Below, piece after piece: positions 1 through 10,281 of a stretch of 64,000 nt of DNA. Numbering within the stretch: position 1 is the stretch's first letter; every line of letters starts with the position of its first letter. Where the stretch lies: the NCBI GenBank assembly GCA_965644315.1, contig CBFFRQ010000068.1, positions 434,001-498,000 of the forward strand, read 5' to 3'. The position numbers and the translations under genes are program-made. The notes under the pieces are model-generated. The model saw nothing but the letters and a program-made list of their open reading frames with translations. It ran no database searches and was not told where the DNA came from. Source of the DNA: Caecitellus pseudoparvulus. Lineage: Eukaryota > Protista > Bigyra: Bicosoecida.

Positions 1-713
1 GGCGTGGCCTGCGCCACCTGCGCCAGGTCGGGGTGAAGCACAGCAAGCCAGCCAGGCGGCGCGGGGGCTGTCGCCACGGGCGCTAGGAGGAGTGGCAAGC
101 GCTGCAAGAGGTGCTTCCAGGCGCCTGCAAGTGCCTGCCGGGAGGTCGCCCGCAGGAGGGGGTGTCGGGCGCCCTGGTCTCCCTCTGCCAGGCATAGCGC
201 ATGCAGGCGACGAGCCAAAGGCAGCAGCTGGCGCACAGTGGCTGTCGCGGCCTTGGCCTCCCGAGAGCTGCTGCTAGCACAGACGGACTCTGCATGCCGC
301 AAGGCAGCGATGGTGGTGGCCAGGGGGGCGAGGGCGGACGCGGCACAGCCGCTGTCCACACACTGCAACAAGCTCGCAGCCAGGTGCAGTGGTGCAGGGA
401 GAACCTTTGCCCAAGCACAGCCTTCGATGGCCGGGCAGGCGCACGCTGGAAGCAGGTGGGTGTATGCAGCGTCGAGCACTGCGCGGGTGCAACCCAGCCA
501 GAAGATGTCCCGGGAAATGGCCACGGGCAGCTGGGCTGCGAGTGCAGCTGCGTCGGGACCAAGCAGCACTGTGCTCAGGAGAGGCACCCCCAGGCCACCG
601 GAGGTGATCAATGCGCAGTACTCTGACGCGTGCTGCTGATGGGCACCTTGTATGAGGAACTCAGCCTCCTCACGGTCGCCAGAGTCAAAAGCTGCCGCCT
701 CAGTGGCGGCCAT
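1..713 (-). CDS. Hypothetical protein, 5' part (runs off window start)
   Basis: ATG at 713 (minus) opens a stop-free frame to the window edge (MAATEAAAFDSGDREEAEFLIQG...). It is Ala/Leu-rich and divergent from the ZIP gene. No recognisable motif. Confidence 0.5.
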   Translation of the reverse strand, partial: MAATEAAAFDSGDREEAEFLIQGAHQQHASEYCALITSGGLGVPLLSTVLLGPDAAALAAQLPVAISRDIFWLGCTRAVLDAAYTHLLPACACPAIEGCAWAKVLPAPLHLAASLLQCVDSGCAASALAPLATTIAALRHAESVCASSSSREAKAATATVRQLLPLARRLHALCLAEGDQGARHPLLRATSRQALAGAWKHLLQRLPLLLAPVATAPAPPGWLAVLHPDLAQVAQAT

Positions 714-971
714 GTTTGCTGGGCTGCTCGGCGGAAATTGCTCCAGTCAATTCGCGTACTAAAGGCGCACAATTTCAAAAGCAAAGTCAAAGAGTGGGAA
801 CCAAATCTCCGATATATGACTTCTCTATGATTTGAAGTGATCCGTGCATCTGCCGCTTGGGACCCCGCAATACACGAGTTCGAGCGAGACAGAGCAGCTC
901 GATTGCCCTGGGCTGCCTCTTCAGATGCAGGAGCTGCGAGCTTCCGGCAGAAGAAAATCAAACACCTCAGA

Positions 972-2038
972 ATGAACCTTCATGCTCTTCTCGTCTCCTT
1001 CCTTGCCGGAATCGCGACAGGTGCGGACGGCGCGCGAGCCGCCTGCACTGTGCATGCGGAAACTGGTTGCTTGCCAGCCCTTCCCTCGCAGGCGTTGGGG
1101 GGCTGTACGTGTTCTTCATTGGCAAGGCCCCGAGTGAGGCACAACTTTCGGTCGTCTTTGCCTTTGCAGCCGGCGTCATGATGTGTGTGTCCGTCTTTGA
1201 CGTCATGGTGCCCCAGTTGACAGACGCTGCCAGCCCAGCCGCTGTGCTCGGCACGCTCTGCAGCTGCTGTGCGGGAGTCGGGCTCGCTCTGCTCGCGGAG
1301 GCATGCTTGCCATCTGATGTTGAGGCGCTGGTTTCTTTCTTCGGCACTGCCCCAGAGCCCCACGCTGACGCCTCAGCTGATTCCCCCGACTTGGAGGGAG
1401 GCAGCCGGCTGCCCACTCCGCTCAGTTCCACCTCCCCCTCCGCGCCTGGGCCTCATCTACGCGCTGCTGCCGGCACAGGGCCCGCGTTCACAGCTCCAGA
1501 TGTGCCCTGCACGCCAGAAACCAAGAGCAAGGCTTCCGCCCACTCCTCCCACTGGCGCCTCGCAGCCATCATGTTCCTCACCCTCACCCTGCACAACCTG
1601 CCGGAAGGTGTGGCCGTGGCCCTGAGCTCCACCCAAGCAGGCGGTGTGGGGGCCTCCCTTGCCATCGCAGTGGCTGTGCACAACATCCCAGAGGGCCTCG
1701 CCATCAGCGTGCCCGTCCTGGCAGCCACTGGCAGTCCCTGGGCCGCCCTGGCCGCTAGCCTGGCCAGCGGCCTCACAGAGCCACTGGGGGCGTTGCTAAC
1801 CCTGTTGGCGCTACCAGGGCAGTCTGAGGCCCCAGTTGAGCCAGCGCAGTCAGCTGACTCCGCGGTGCGGTTCGTGCTCGCAGCTGTGGCTGGCGTCATG
1901 ATGGCCGTGACGTGCACCGAGCTCATCCCTGCTGCCTTGGCGAAGAAAGGGGTGCCCAGGGCGTATGCTGCCGCGGGATTTGTTGCGGGCGCTGTCGTGG
2001 TTGGCGCCACGCTGGCCATGGCGCCGCCAGGCGAGTAA
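972..2038 (+). CDS. ZIP family (ZupT/ZIP11-like) divalent metal transporter
   Basis: Exon 1 (972-1020, MNLHALLVSFLAGIATG) is followed by a GT-AG intron at 1021-1091. Exon 2 contains FAAGVM, LHNLPEG and VHNIPEG (TM4/TM5 metal-site motifs), SGLTEPLGA and AGVM. Confidence 0.93.
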
Positions 2039-2282
2039 GGGGCTATTCTCTCGTCTTCGCAGGCCGGGCGCAACCTCGCACGACAGGCAGGAACAGAGGC
2101 AGCCCCCGCCTAAAACCCCTTGCCGGATAGATACTCGTTGAGCTGATGTAATGCAGTGTGCCGCGTACCCTGGGCGCTGCAACGTGGCCGACGGTGCCTG
2201 CTGTCCAGCGTGACAGCCTCGCACCTCACTCAGCTCCCGCGCTTGAAGCCACACCCTGCACACGGAGCCTGCACTGTGCAGC

Positions 2283-3989
2283 ATGGCTGCAATGCAAGGG
2301 CCAAGCCAAGCCCTTGACGTGGCTTCCCCCCTCCAAGGCGACCCAGGTGTCCCCGTGGAAGTGGACTGGTCGGCCCTGTGCGTCGAGCGTGTGGCAGCAA
2401 GCCACCACGCACCAACGCTGGCACCCGCCTTGTCCCCTGCATGCAGGGCTGACGTCGCCCATGAGGGCGAGGGTGTCTTCATTTCCACCGAAGACATTGC
2501 TCTTCTGGAGGAGTATCAAGGCAATGACAGTGCTGCTTTGGCAGAGCTGCTGTCTTCGGATGAGGTGGGTGCCTTCCAGCTTCCAAATTCCGCATCTGGC
2601 TGCAGCCCCGCTCTCTGTCCGCCGAGCACAGGATGCAGCGCAGTACGTGTCGGTGCTTATGAAAGTTCTAGAGAACATTTCATCTCATGCTCAGGCCGTG
2701 TGCTTTTCCGTCTCGACGCTGAACTCGATCTTGACAGGTACGCCGCCCCACCTCACGCTGGCCTGGCCTGCCCCGCCACTTGACTCCCCCCCCCTGCGCA
2801 CCTCGCAGCCATCATGACAGCGCACTCGGTGGAAGTGGACACTGACACAGCAATCGACAAGTTCAGGGAAGACCCCAATGACCACTCCTCGCGCATGCGG
2901 GTCGGGCCACTCCTCCGCACAGTCAAGCGAGCGGATGACAGCGGAGACATGTACATTCTCGAGCAGGCCGCCACTGCGGCGGCACGCCTGGTGGCAGCGG
3001 ACAGCACTGGCTCACCTTCGGGCTCTGAGCTGCTGCGGTGGGCCATGGCCTCCATATCACGCGCAGGCTCTGTGCTGCCCGGCACACCCGAGGGGCGCCG
3101 CGCCGAGGCTGCCGTCAGCGCCCTCATGCTGATGCTGCGGCACCGCACAGTGCGGGAGCAGTTCCTGCTCGACTCGTCCAGTGTGCAGGCTTTACTGCCC
3201 CTCCTGGCGTCCAGGGACCTGCAGCTGGCGTATGAGGCTGCGAACTGCTTGTGGGTGTTGACGTTCTGCACCAACGGCAGGGTCAGCCTGCTCACGACTG
3301 GTGCTGTGCAGGGCCTCGCCCAAGTCGTCCGCCTGGACCTGCCTGTCAAGTTGCTGCGTATGGGTGTCATGGCACTGGCGAATGTGGTGGAGAAGTTTGA
3401 CGAGGACGCACAGGGCCACACTGACCTGCCGGAGCCGCTGCCGCTGCTGGGCGAGGCAGCTGTGTTAAAGCCGCTTACAGAGCTGCCCAAGGTCGCAGCC
3501 AAGGCAAAGAAGTACCAAGACCCGGAGTTGCTCGAAGCGGCTGACTACCTCGTCCTCGCCTTGAACAGATCACGCCGCAGCCTCACCAGCCTGAAGCGGT
3601 ACAAGGCACAACTGGCCAGCGGCACCTTCAAGCCCGGCCCGCTGCACGCAGCTGACTTCTGGCAGGAGAATGTCTTTGCCTTCGAAGCGAGTGACTGGGC
3701 GCTCGTGCGCTCCCTCAAGCAACTGCTCGAGTCGCCTGACTCGTCTGCTGAAACGCTGGCAGTCGCCGTGCAGGACGTGGGGCAGTTCACCGTGTACCAC
3801 CCCCATGGGCGCAGCGTGCTGGTAAGCTTGGGCTTGAAAGACAGCATCATGGCGCTCATGCAGCATGAGTCGCAGGATGTGCGCCACGCAGCGCTGCTCA
3901 GCTTGAGCAAGCTCATGTTGACCAAGTGGGAGTTTGCTGAGCAGAGCGCCGCCCACAGCAGGACTGCAGGGGGCAGGGCGGCGAGTTGA
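2283..3989 (+). CDS. ATP6V1H: V-type proton ATPase V1 subunit H
   Basis: ARM-like body (QLAYEAANCLWVLTF) and the characteristic C-terminal domain (YKAQLASG..PLH..DFWQEN, LAVAVQDVGQF..HPHGR, VRHAALLSLSKLM). Predicted introns at 2378-2446, 2565-2631 and 2738-2808 give a continuous frame. The start codon is less certain. Confidence 0.92.
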
Positions 3990-4025
3990 GCGCGCCAGCC
4001 AGCGCTGCAGTGTACGCAAATGCAT

Positions 4026-5443
4026 TCAAATCATGTTCCGCCCCTTGCGCACGCCTGCCAGGCTCGTGCCAATGGAGGCAGCCTGGGCGAGGCCAGCTGT
4101 TGCTACATCAACAATGGAGTCCAGCATGCGCAGTGTGGCCACCACGCCGCCGATGATGGCAAAGAGCTGCATCAAAAAGGTAATGATGCTCTCCGAAGTG
4201 TTCTCCACTGTCACCATGAATGGGGATAAGTCGTACACGAAGTAAACCCCCGGCAAGATGTTCTGCCGCACACCGTCCACAACAGCTGCACGGAAGATGC
4301 TGTTCACAGCGTACTGGGAATCAATCGCGCTCTTTCCATCAGTGGACATGGGCACTACCTTCGTGTAGTAGTGCACCATGCCGGTCCCGTGCTCTGCTGA
4401 AAAATGGCGCCCATCCAGCGGGTTACGCTCACGGGCATCACCCGACGAACTCAAATCTAGGCGCCCCGCCAGCGTGCTCAACCAGGACCTGTGGTCACCA
4501 AAAAACGAAAGATCGTGAATGGTGTGGCTGATGTTGAAACTGGCGACCTTCGCGGGGTTGAACTGGTGGACATGGCGGTACCCCTTGATGTGCGTCTCGC
4601 CCATGGCAGCGTACAGTGTGCCGGCAACTTTGTTGACCTTGATTACACCCCATGTTCGGCACCCTTCGCCTGGCTTGCCCCCCTCGTCCTGATGCAGAGC
4701 GGCTTCCTTCACGCACTGGGCAGCGTGAGCCTCCAGCCCTGCCACGCTCCAGCCCTTGTCAAGGTAGGCCGCCTTCAAAATGTGGCATGTGTTGCAGCAG
4801 GGGCGCTCGGGAGTCTCTGCTCCATAGCATGAGCCACAGTAGCCTCGGCTATTGGCCCCCTGCTTCTTATCGACACCGGTGCCACCCAGCACAGCCTGCG
4901 TGTCTGGTACAGGCAGGTGGTACACGAAGGGCCAGCCGACGGCTGCGCCGTTTGCCGAGATGCGCTGCTTCCGGATGTCGTGTTCAATGCCATCACTCTG
5001 TTGTCCCGCAATGTCTAGGGCGTCCATGTTCACTTCAGAGCACATCAGTGCGTGGAACGTCACGTCAAAGTGGATGCTCATGCGCTCACCAACAGTAGGG
5101 TCCACAACGATGTGCTCCTTGCTGGAGGAACGAAGGTAAGCCGCTGTCTCCGACACTACAAGCACAGCTACAATGCCAAACGTCATAAGTGAAACTGCAA
5201 GCGAGATCCAAACACTTGTGTGGGCCACAAGACGCGCGCGAACCGGCTACTGTCCCAGCGCGGAAATTGAAGCGTACCTGCTCCGCCGACGTTGGTGCTC
5301 CTGCTCTCCGTAGCTTGCACCTTGCTGAACATGTCAAGCTTCTTGAAGTTCTTCGCAAGTGAGCTTGTCGGGACCTTGAACTTATCTTTGCTCCAATCAT
5401 CATCCCGGGCGCCTCTACGGCGCAAGCCCTCACCAGCTGGCAT
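4026..5443 (-). CDS. ERGIC3: ER-Golgi intermediate compartment protein 3 / Erv46
   Basis: KKLDMFSKV..TNVGG in exon 1, intron 5195-5277, then YCGSCYGA..CCNTC..AY..KGW, EGCR..G...VNKVAG, FNISHTIHDLSF, PGVYFVYDLSP and C-terminal TM AIIGGV. Confidence 0.93.
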
Positions 5444-5746
5444 ACCTCAGCCCCAAAGCACGGCAATGCCAGCACCCGGCACAAAGCAGACTGTCAACAA
5501 CCAACACAACGAACTTTGATCATATCTTTCCAGGGGACTGCATGCTATGTTGTTGGATTACTTCGTTTGGACGACAGCGAACTCTGTCAGTTCCCCCAGG
5601 CAAGCTGAGATGAGACGGCGCCCCAAAACCACGTCGGCCCAGACGGCCACACACACAGACTGCATTGTCGTCAAAACCAAATGCAAAGAAAAGACTTAAC
5701 AGACACCCTCCTTGTCAAGACAGCAGCACTTCGAAGAACCAAACCC

Positions 5747-8700
5747 TCAACTGTGCTGCTGCTGCACAAGTGACATGCGCGAGTGAGCAAGAGGGTTCAC
5801 GGACGGCGGCACGACAGAGAAGCGCTTAGCTTCTTGAATGCGTGCCATGCGTGCTGCCTTGCTGTAGCGCGAGGCAGAGGCGGGCGAAGATTCGGCCTGG
5901 GCGACAGGGTTCACCACAGAGCCGGATAGCTCCACTTCTTCCCCGATGCCGTCACCCTTGCGGCCGCCTCTCCCCCCACCGCGTCGCGAGCGCATGACAA
6001 GGACGACGCCAACCACCACCACGGCCATGCCGCACACCGCTCCAACCCCCGCTACCACACCGATCCCCCCTACGCTGTTCACCCAGCCGCCACTGTCGGA
6101 GCCAGATCTGCCCTGCGCGCCGCCGCCGTCTCTGACAGGACCAGCAGTCGGACTCGGACTGGCCACAGTCGGCAATGCGACAAACTCGTTGAATGAGACA
6201 TCCGCTCGGCCTCCTGGGATGCCCACTCCCATCAGAGCCGTCCCATCTACAACTCCACCGAACACACCTCGGGCAAAATCACCACCCTGCAAGCTAGACT
6301 CCACAGCCCTAGCCAAGGCAGTGGCATCTGCTTCATCACCACTGCTTACATTTGCATACACCTCTACCACCGTCGCCCCCAAGAACACCCCCTCCGTCTC
6401 GCCCGCACCCACGCCACCCAACACACGACGCCACCACGCCGCATCCGCACCCCCACCAGCCGACAGCTCCTCCTCGGACACGTCCACCACCACCACCTCC
6501 ACACCACCACCCAACACATCCCTCAGCACCCGCAACAACACCTCGCCCATCCCAGCACTGCCGTACAACGACTTGCGCACACCCCACAGCGACAAACCAA
6601 ACCGCACCACACGACCAAACCCACTCAACACCGGTGACAAACACCGACCACCGCTCGCGTCCCCCGACTCCCCATAGCACACCAAGTCGCCCAGGCAGTC
6701 CCCAGACGTCGCACACATGTACCCAGCGCCGCACCCGCCACAACCAGATGCCGCAGAGCCGCAGTCCACGTCGCTCTCACCAGACGCCTCATCCACCTCC
6801 CCGTTGCTACACTGACCCAGCACCTCACCACACCCTGCACCAGTCCACCCTGCCTCACATCGACACCATGCCACCAAATCCTCGCTCACGTGCCCCGCTG
6901 CACTCTCCGACGCCATCGCAGATGCCACACCGCTGTGCTGCTCCTGCACCGCTGTCACATTCACTGACACACACACACCCCGGCCGCACTGCACACCCTC
7001 ACACACCGCCACAATGGCCGGGTTCTCTGATGGCGTGGCAGCCGCCGTTACAGAAGCACTCCCCGTCGGCAATGCTGTGCCAGACACCGTCGCCTGGGGA
7101 GACCCAGTGGGTGACTGCGTCTGTGCAGATGACGGCGACACTGCCGCCGATGCTGAGGGACTGGAGCCACTGGAGCTCGTGGGAGTGAACGATGGTGTCA
7201 CGGCAGGTGTCCCGGCAGGTGTGCCCGCTGGTGTGCCCGCTGGTGTCCCGCCCGGCGTCACGGCAGGTGTGCCCGCTGGTGTCCCGCCCGGCGTCACGGC
7301 AGGTGTGCCCGCTGGTGTCCCGCCCGGCGTCACGGCAGGTGTGCCCGCTGGTGTCACGGCAGGTGTGCCCGCTGGTGTCACGGCAGGTGTGCCCGCTGGT
7401 GTCACGGCAGGCGTTCCAGCAGGCGTCCCGGCAGGTGTGCCCGCTGGTGTCACGGCAGGCGTTCCAGCAGGCGTCCCGGCAGGTGTGCCCGCTGGTGTTG
7501 CTGACGGTGCACCCCCCGGGCTGTACACCTCTCCTGGACTGCACACGTATGCTGGATCAGGACACGTCACCTGCCCGATGTAGCCGCTCCCAAAGTTCAC
7601 AACCTGACCCCCTGCTGTACATGTCGCACTGTCGTACGTCCCGGGGCCACGGTAGAATCGCACCTCCAACGTGTACGCACCAGCACTCCCTCCGCACGCC
7701 GTCTCATAGCACCCAGGCTCCACTGCCCGCGGCTGGTACCCTTGCCGCAATGCTGATGACATGACACACCGGCTGTTCGCACCATACGATATCCCACGCA
7801 CAGTGCTTGGTGAGTTGCCTGGATCCACGCACACGCGATTGCTGTACGCCTGCCGCCGCGGGCAGTAGTCATACTGCTCTGTGCTGCCTCCCGACATGCT
7901 GTTGGTGAAGTACTGGTACTGCGTCGGCAGCGCACTGGTGTACGTTGACAACGTCGATGGTCCCCATGCCTTCAAGTCGAAACGGCAGGCTTCGCTGTTG
8001 TCCACCGCCCACCGGGGTGGCGACCCGGCCGGCACTGGCGCAGACTTCGGGCCAGTCACACACTTGTCGTTGGCGAAGCTGCAACCCTGCTTGAATCCCC
8101 AATCATCCATGTAGAACGCGTCGGACGCAGAGTACACTGGCTTGTACCACCCTGAGTCCTCCAGGATGCCCAGAGTCACAGCGTCGATCTTCGATGCGTA
8201 GTCGATGATTGGCGTCATGACAGTGCCAGGGAAGATGCGCTGCTCCAAGTGTGACCCCGTCAATGAGCACGTGCTCGTCGGCTGGTTCTCCAGCTCAGCA
8301 CCAGTCATTGTGGGACAGCCAAAGTACCACCGCACTGCATCCAGTGTGTGCTGGCCCACCATCTTCTGGATGCAGTTGCCTGGGTTCACCTTCTCGCCCG
8401 CCGTGCTGCACACACTCATGCCCCGACCCCCGAAATACTCCACCGTGTTGCTGGCCGCAGCGTAATGTGTCCGTGTAGACCCTCCACAGCTGAAACTCGT
8501 CTGGTACTCGCTGGTTGGCCGAGTCCCTGACCGGGGCGTCTTGGGTGCCAACGTCGTGGGGTCTCGGAAGCGCCACCACGAGTCACGGGAAAACCCCAAC
8601 GCGTGCAAGAACTCGTGCGCCACCGTACCGATCAGCGCAGGCACGTCCCCTGCAGACAGCGGAATCTTGTTGGGGCAGATGTTGGTGCGCCCCACCGTGG

Positions 8701-9626
8701 GCTTGTCCGCTTCATCACGCTGGCACGCCAACGCGTACGCCAACGTGCTTCCACCACACGATGCTGTCGATGCCGCAGTGACAAAGATGAGGTAGTCCTT
8801 GTTGGGAATGCCAGGACCAGATGGCTGAGGCGAGCAGCATGACTGCAGGCCGCAACTGCACACCTCCGTCGGACCGAGGTACGCCGCAGGGATCTCCACA
8901 TTCTTGTCACCAGAGATGAAACCACACTGCGCACGCGCAATGCCATGCCCACCGTGCCAGCACAGCCGCACACTCACACACCACATACATAGCCACTCAC
9001 CCAGTTGCTGCTCGACACACTGGCACACCGCCCACTGCTCGTGTAGTAGCTGTTGCAGTCGTAGTCCGCATGGAAGACGTTGCCCTTGCGCCGCACCTGC
9101 ACACACGCACGCCGGGACCGTGCCAGGTGCCCCACGTACACCACCCCCACGCAATGCTCGCATGCACAGCAACTCTCACCTGCAGCACCGACTCCAGCTT
9201 CGCCACCACTGCGGGAATGATGTTGTTCTTCAGCATGGCCTCCTTCTGGGCTGCCTGCGCCGGATCGGCAGCCTGCAGGTCCTGCAGCACGTCCACGTAC
9301 TCCACTGCGATGCGGATGTTGTGCCATGGCAATGCTGCATACTGGGACATGGTCAGTGTGCTCATCTGCCGTCTGTGAGCTTCGTCCGTGCCCTGCAGGT
9401 GCTGGTGCAAGTCTCGGCGTGGCACGCGGACAGTCTCGCCTTCGTCTCCAACCAGTGTGACGTGGGAGGCGCCACGGGCTGTCTCGGCGGCCTCAATGAC
9501 ATCATCGTGCACGCAAGAGTGAACGCCCTCGCCAAAGGTGCTAGAATGGCCTTGGGCTGCTTCCAAAAGGCACCCCGTGGCCCACACCACCCACAGCGTC
9601 GCAGCGACTCCTCGCCAACTCTTCAT
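5747..9626 (-). CDS. Leishmanolysin/GP63-like (peptidase M8) type-I membrane zinc metalloprotease, copy A
   Basis: Signal peptide MKSWRGVAATLWVVWATGCLLEAAQG, propeptide cysteine switch HSCVHD, zinc motif HEFLHALGF, third His GSHLEQR, Met-turn VMTP, TLGILEDSGWY and DYCP. These are followed by a TPxx stalk, EGF-like and Cys-rich module, TM helix and cytoplasmic tail. Introns at 9097-9179 and 8927-9000. Confidence 0.92.
7199..7498 (-). repeat. 12-bp coding minisatellite, 25 x TP(AG/AV/GG) mucin-like stalk in leishmanolysin A
   Basis: Directly visible tandem units (ggtgtgcccgct / ggtgtcacggca / ggtgtcccgccc on the + strand). Confidence 0.95.
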
Positions 9627-10281
9627 GTTTGCTTTGAGAGTGAGTGAACGCTGACCCTCATGCAAGCAAACAAGGGACCGATTGGGCGCACCGCTTTGTT
9701 TCCAGGTGCGTCTGTGAGGGCTGTAATGGTTTTGTTCCTAGCGGGTCACTGTCTGGACTGGCGTCGTGCATACCACGTCGACGCCCAGGGTCTATCGGTC
9801 GACGGGAAACCCTGCAGCTTGGTTCTGATACTTCAGTCTTGGACATTGCAAGAGGAGATGTATCTGTGAACTGGGAAGCTTCGGGAGCTTGATGGGCCGT
9901 TCTAAGCACATTGCCCAGCATTTTGCTGTTGAGGTCCGGAAGCACTGGAAGGCACCTGGAGTGACCTCGGAGCTGAAAGGCTCATCACCCTGACCTGGCT
10001 GGAGCCTAGTGCATGGACCTTCGCAAGATGTGAAACCACATGGTTGCATTGCGGCCCTTCCTCTCTTTCAGAACCCACGCGGATGAAAGAAACGTCAGCG
10101 ATTCATACTGCCACGCACAAGAGTTCAACTGGTGACGCGCTTGCTGAGCAACATAAGAAATGGGCTGAGCATGTGAATTCAATGCATTTGAGTTACCCAA
10201 GTGCACGTTTGAGCGTTTATTGTCAAGCCCAGTATCGTTCTGCTCGGCTGCGCTGCCTCAGCAAGCTCAAACCCCAAATAT

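Noticed and set aside
2031-2062. Possible tiny GC-AG/GT-AG intron removing the ZIP stop codon
   Set aside because: At 28-32 nt it is far shorter than every other intron here, and the ZIP domain is already complete at 2038.
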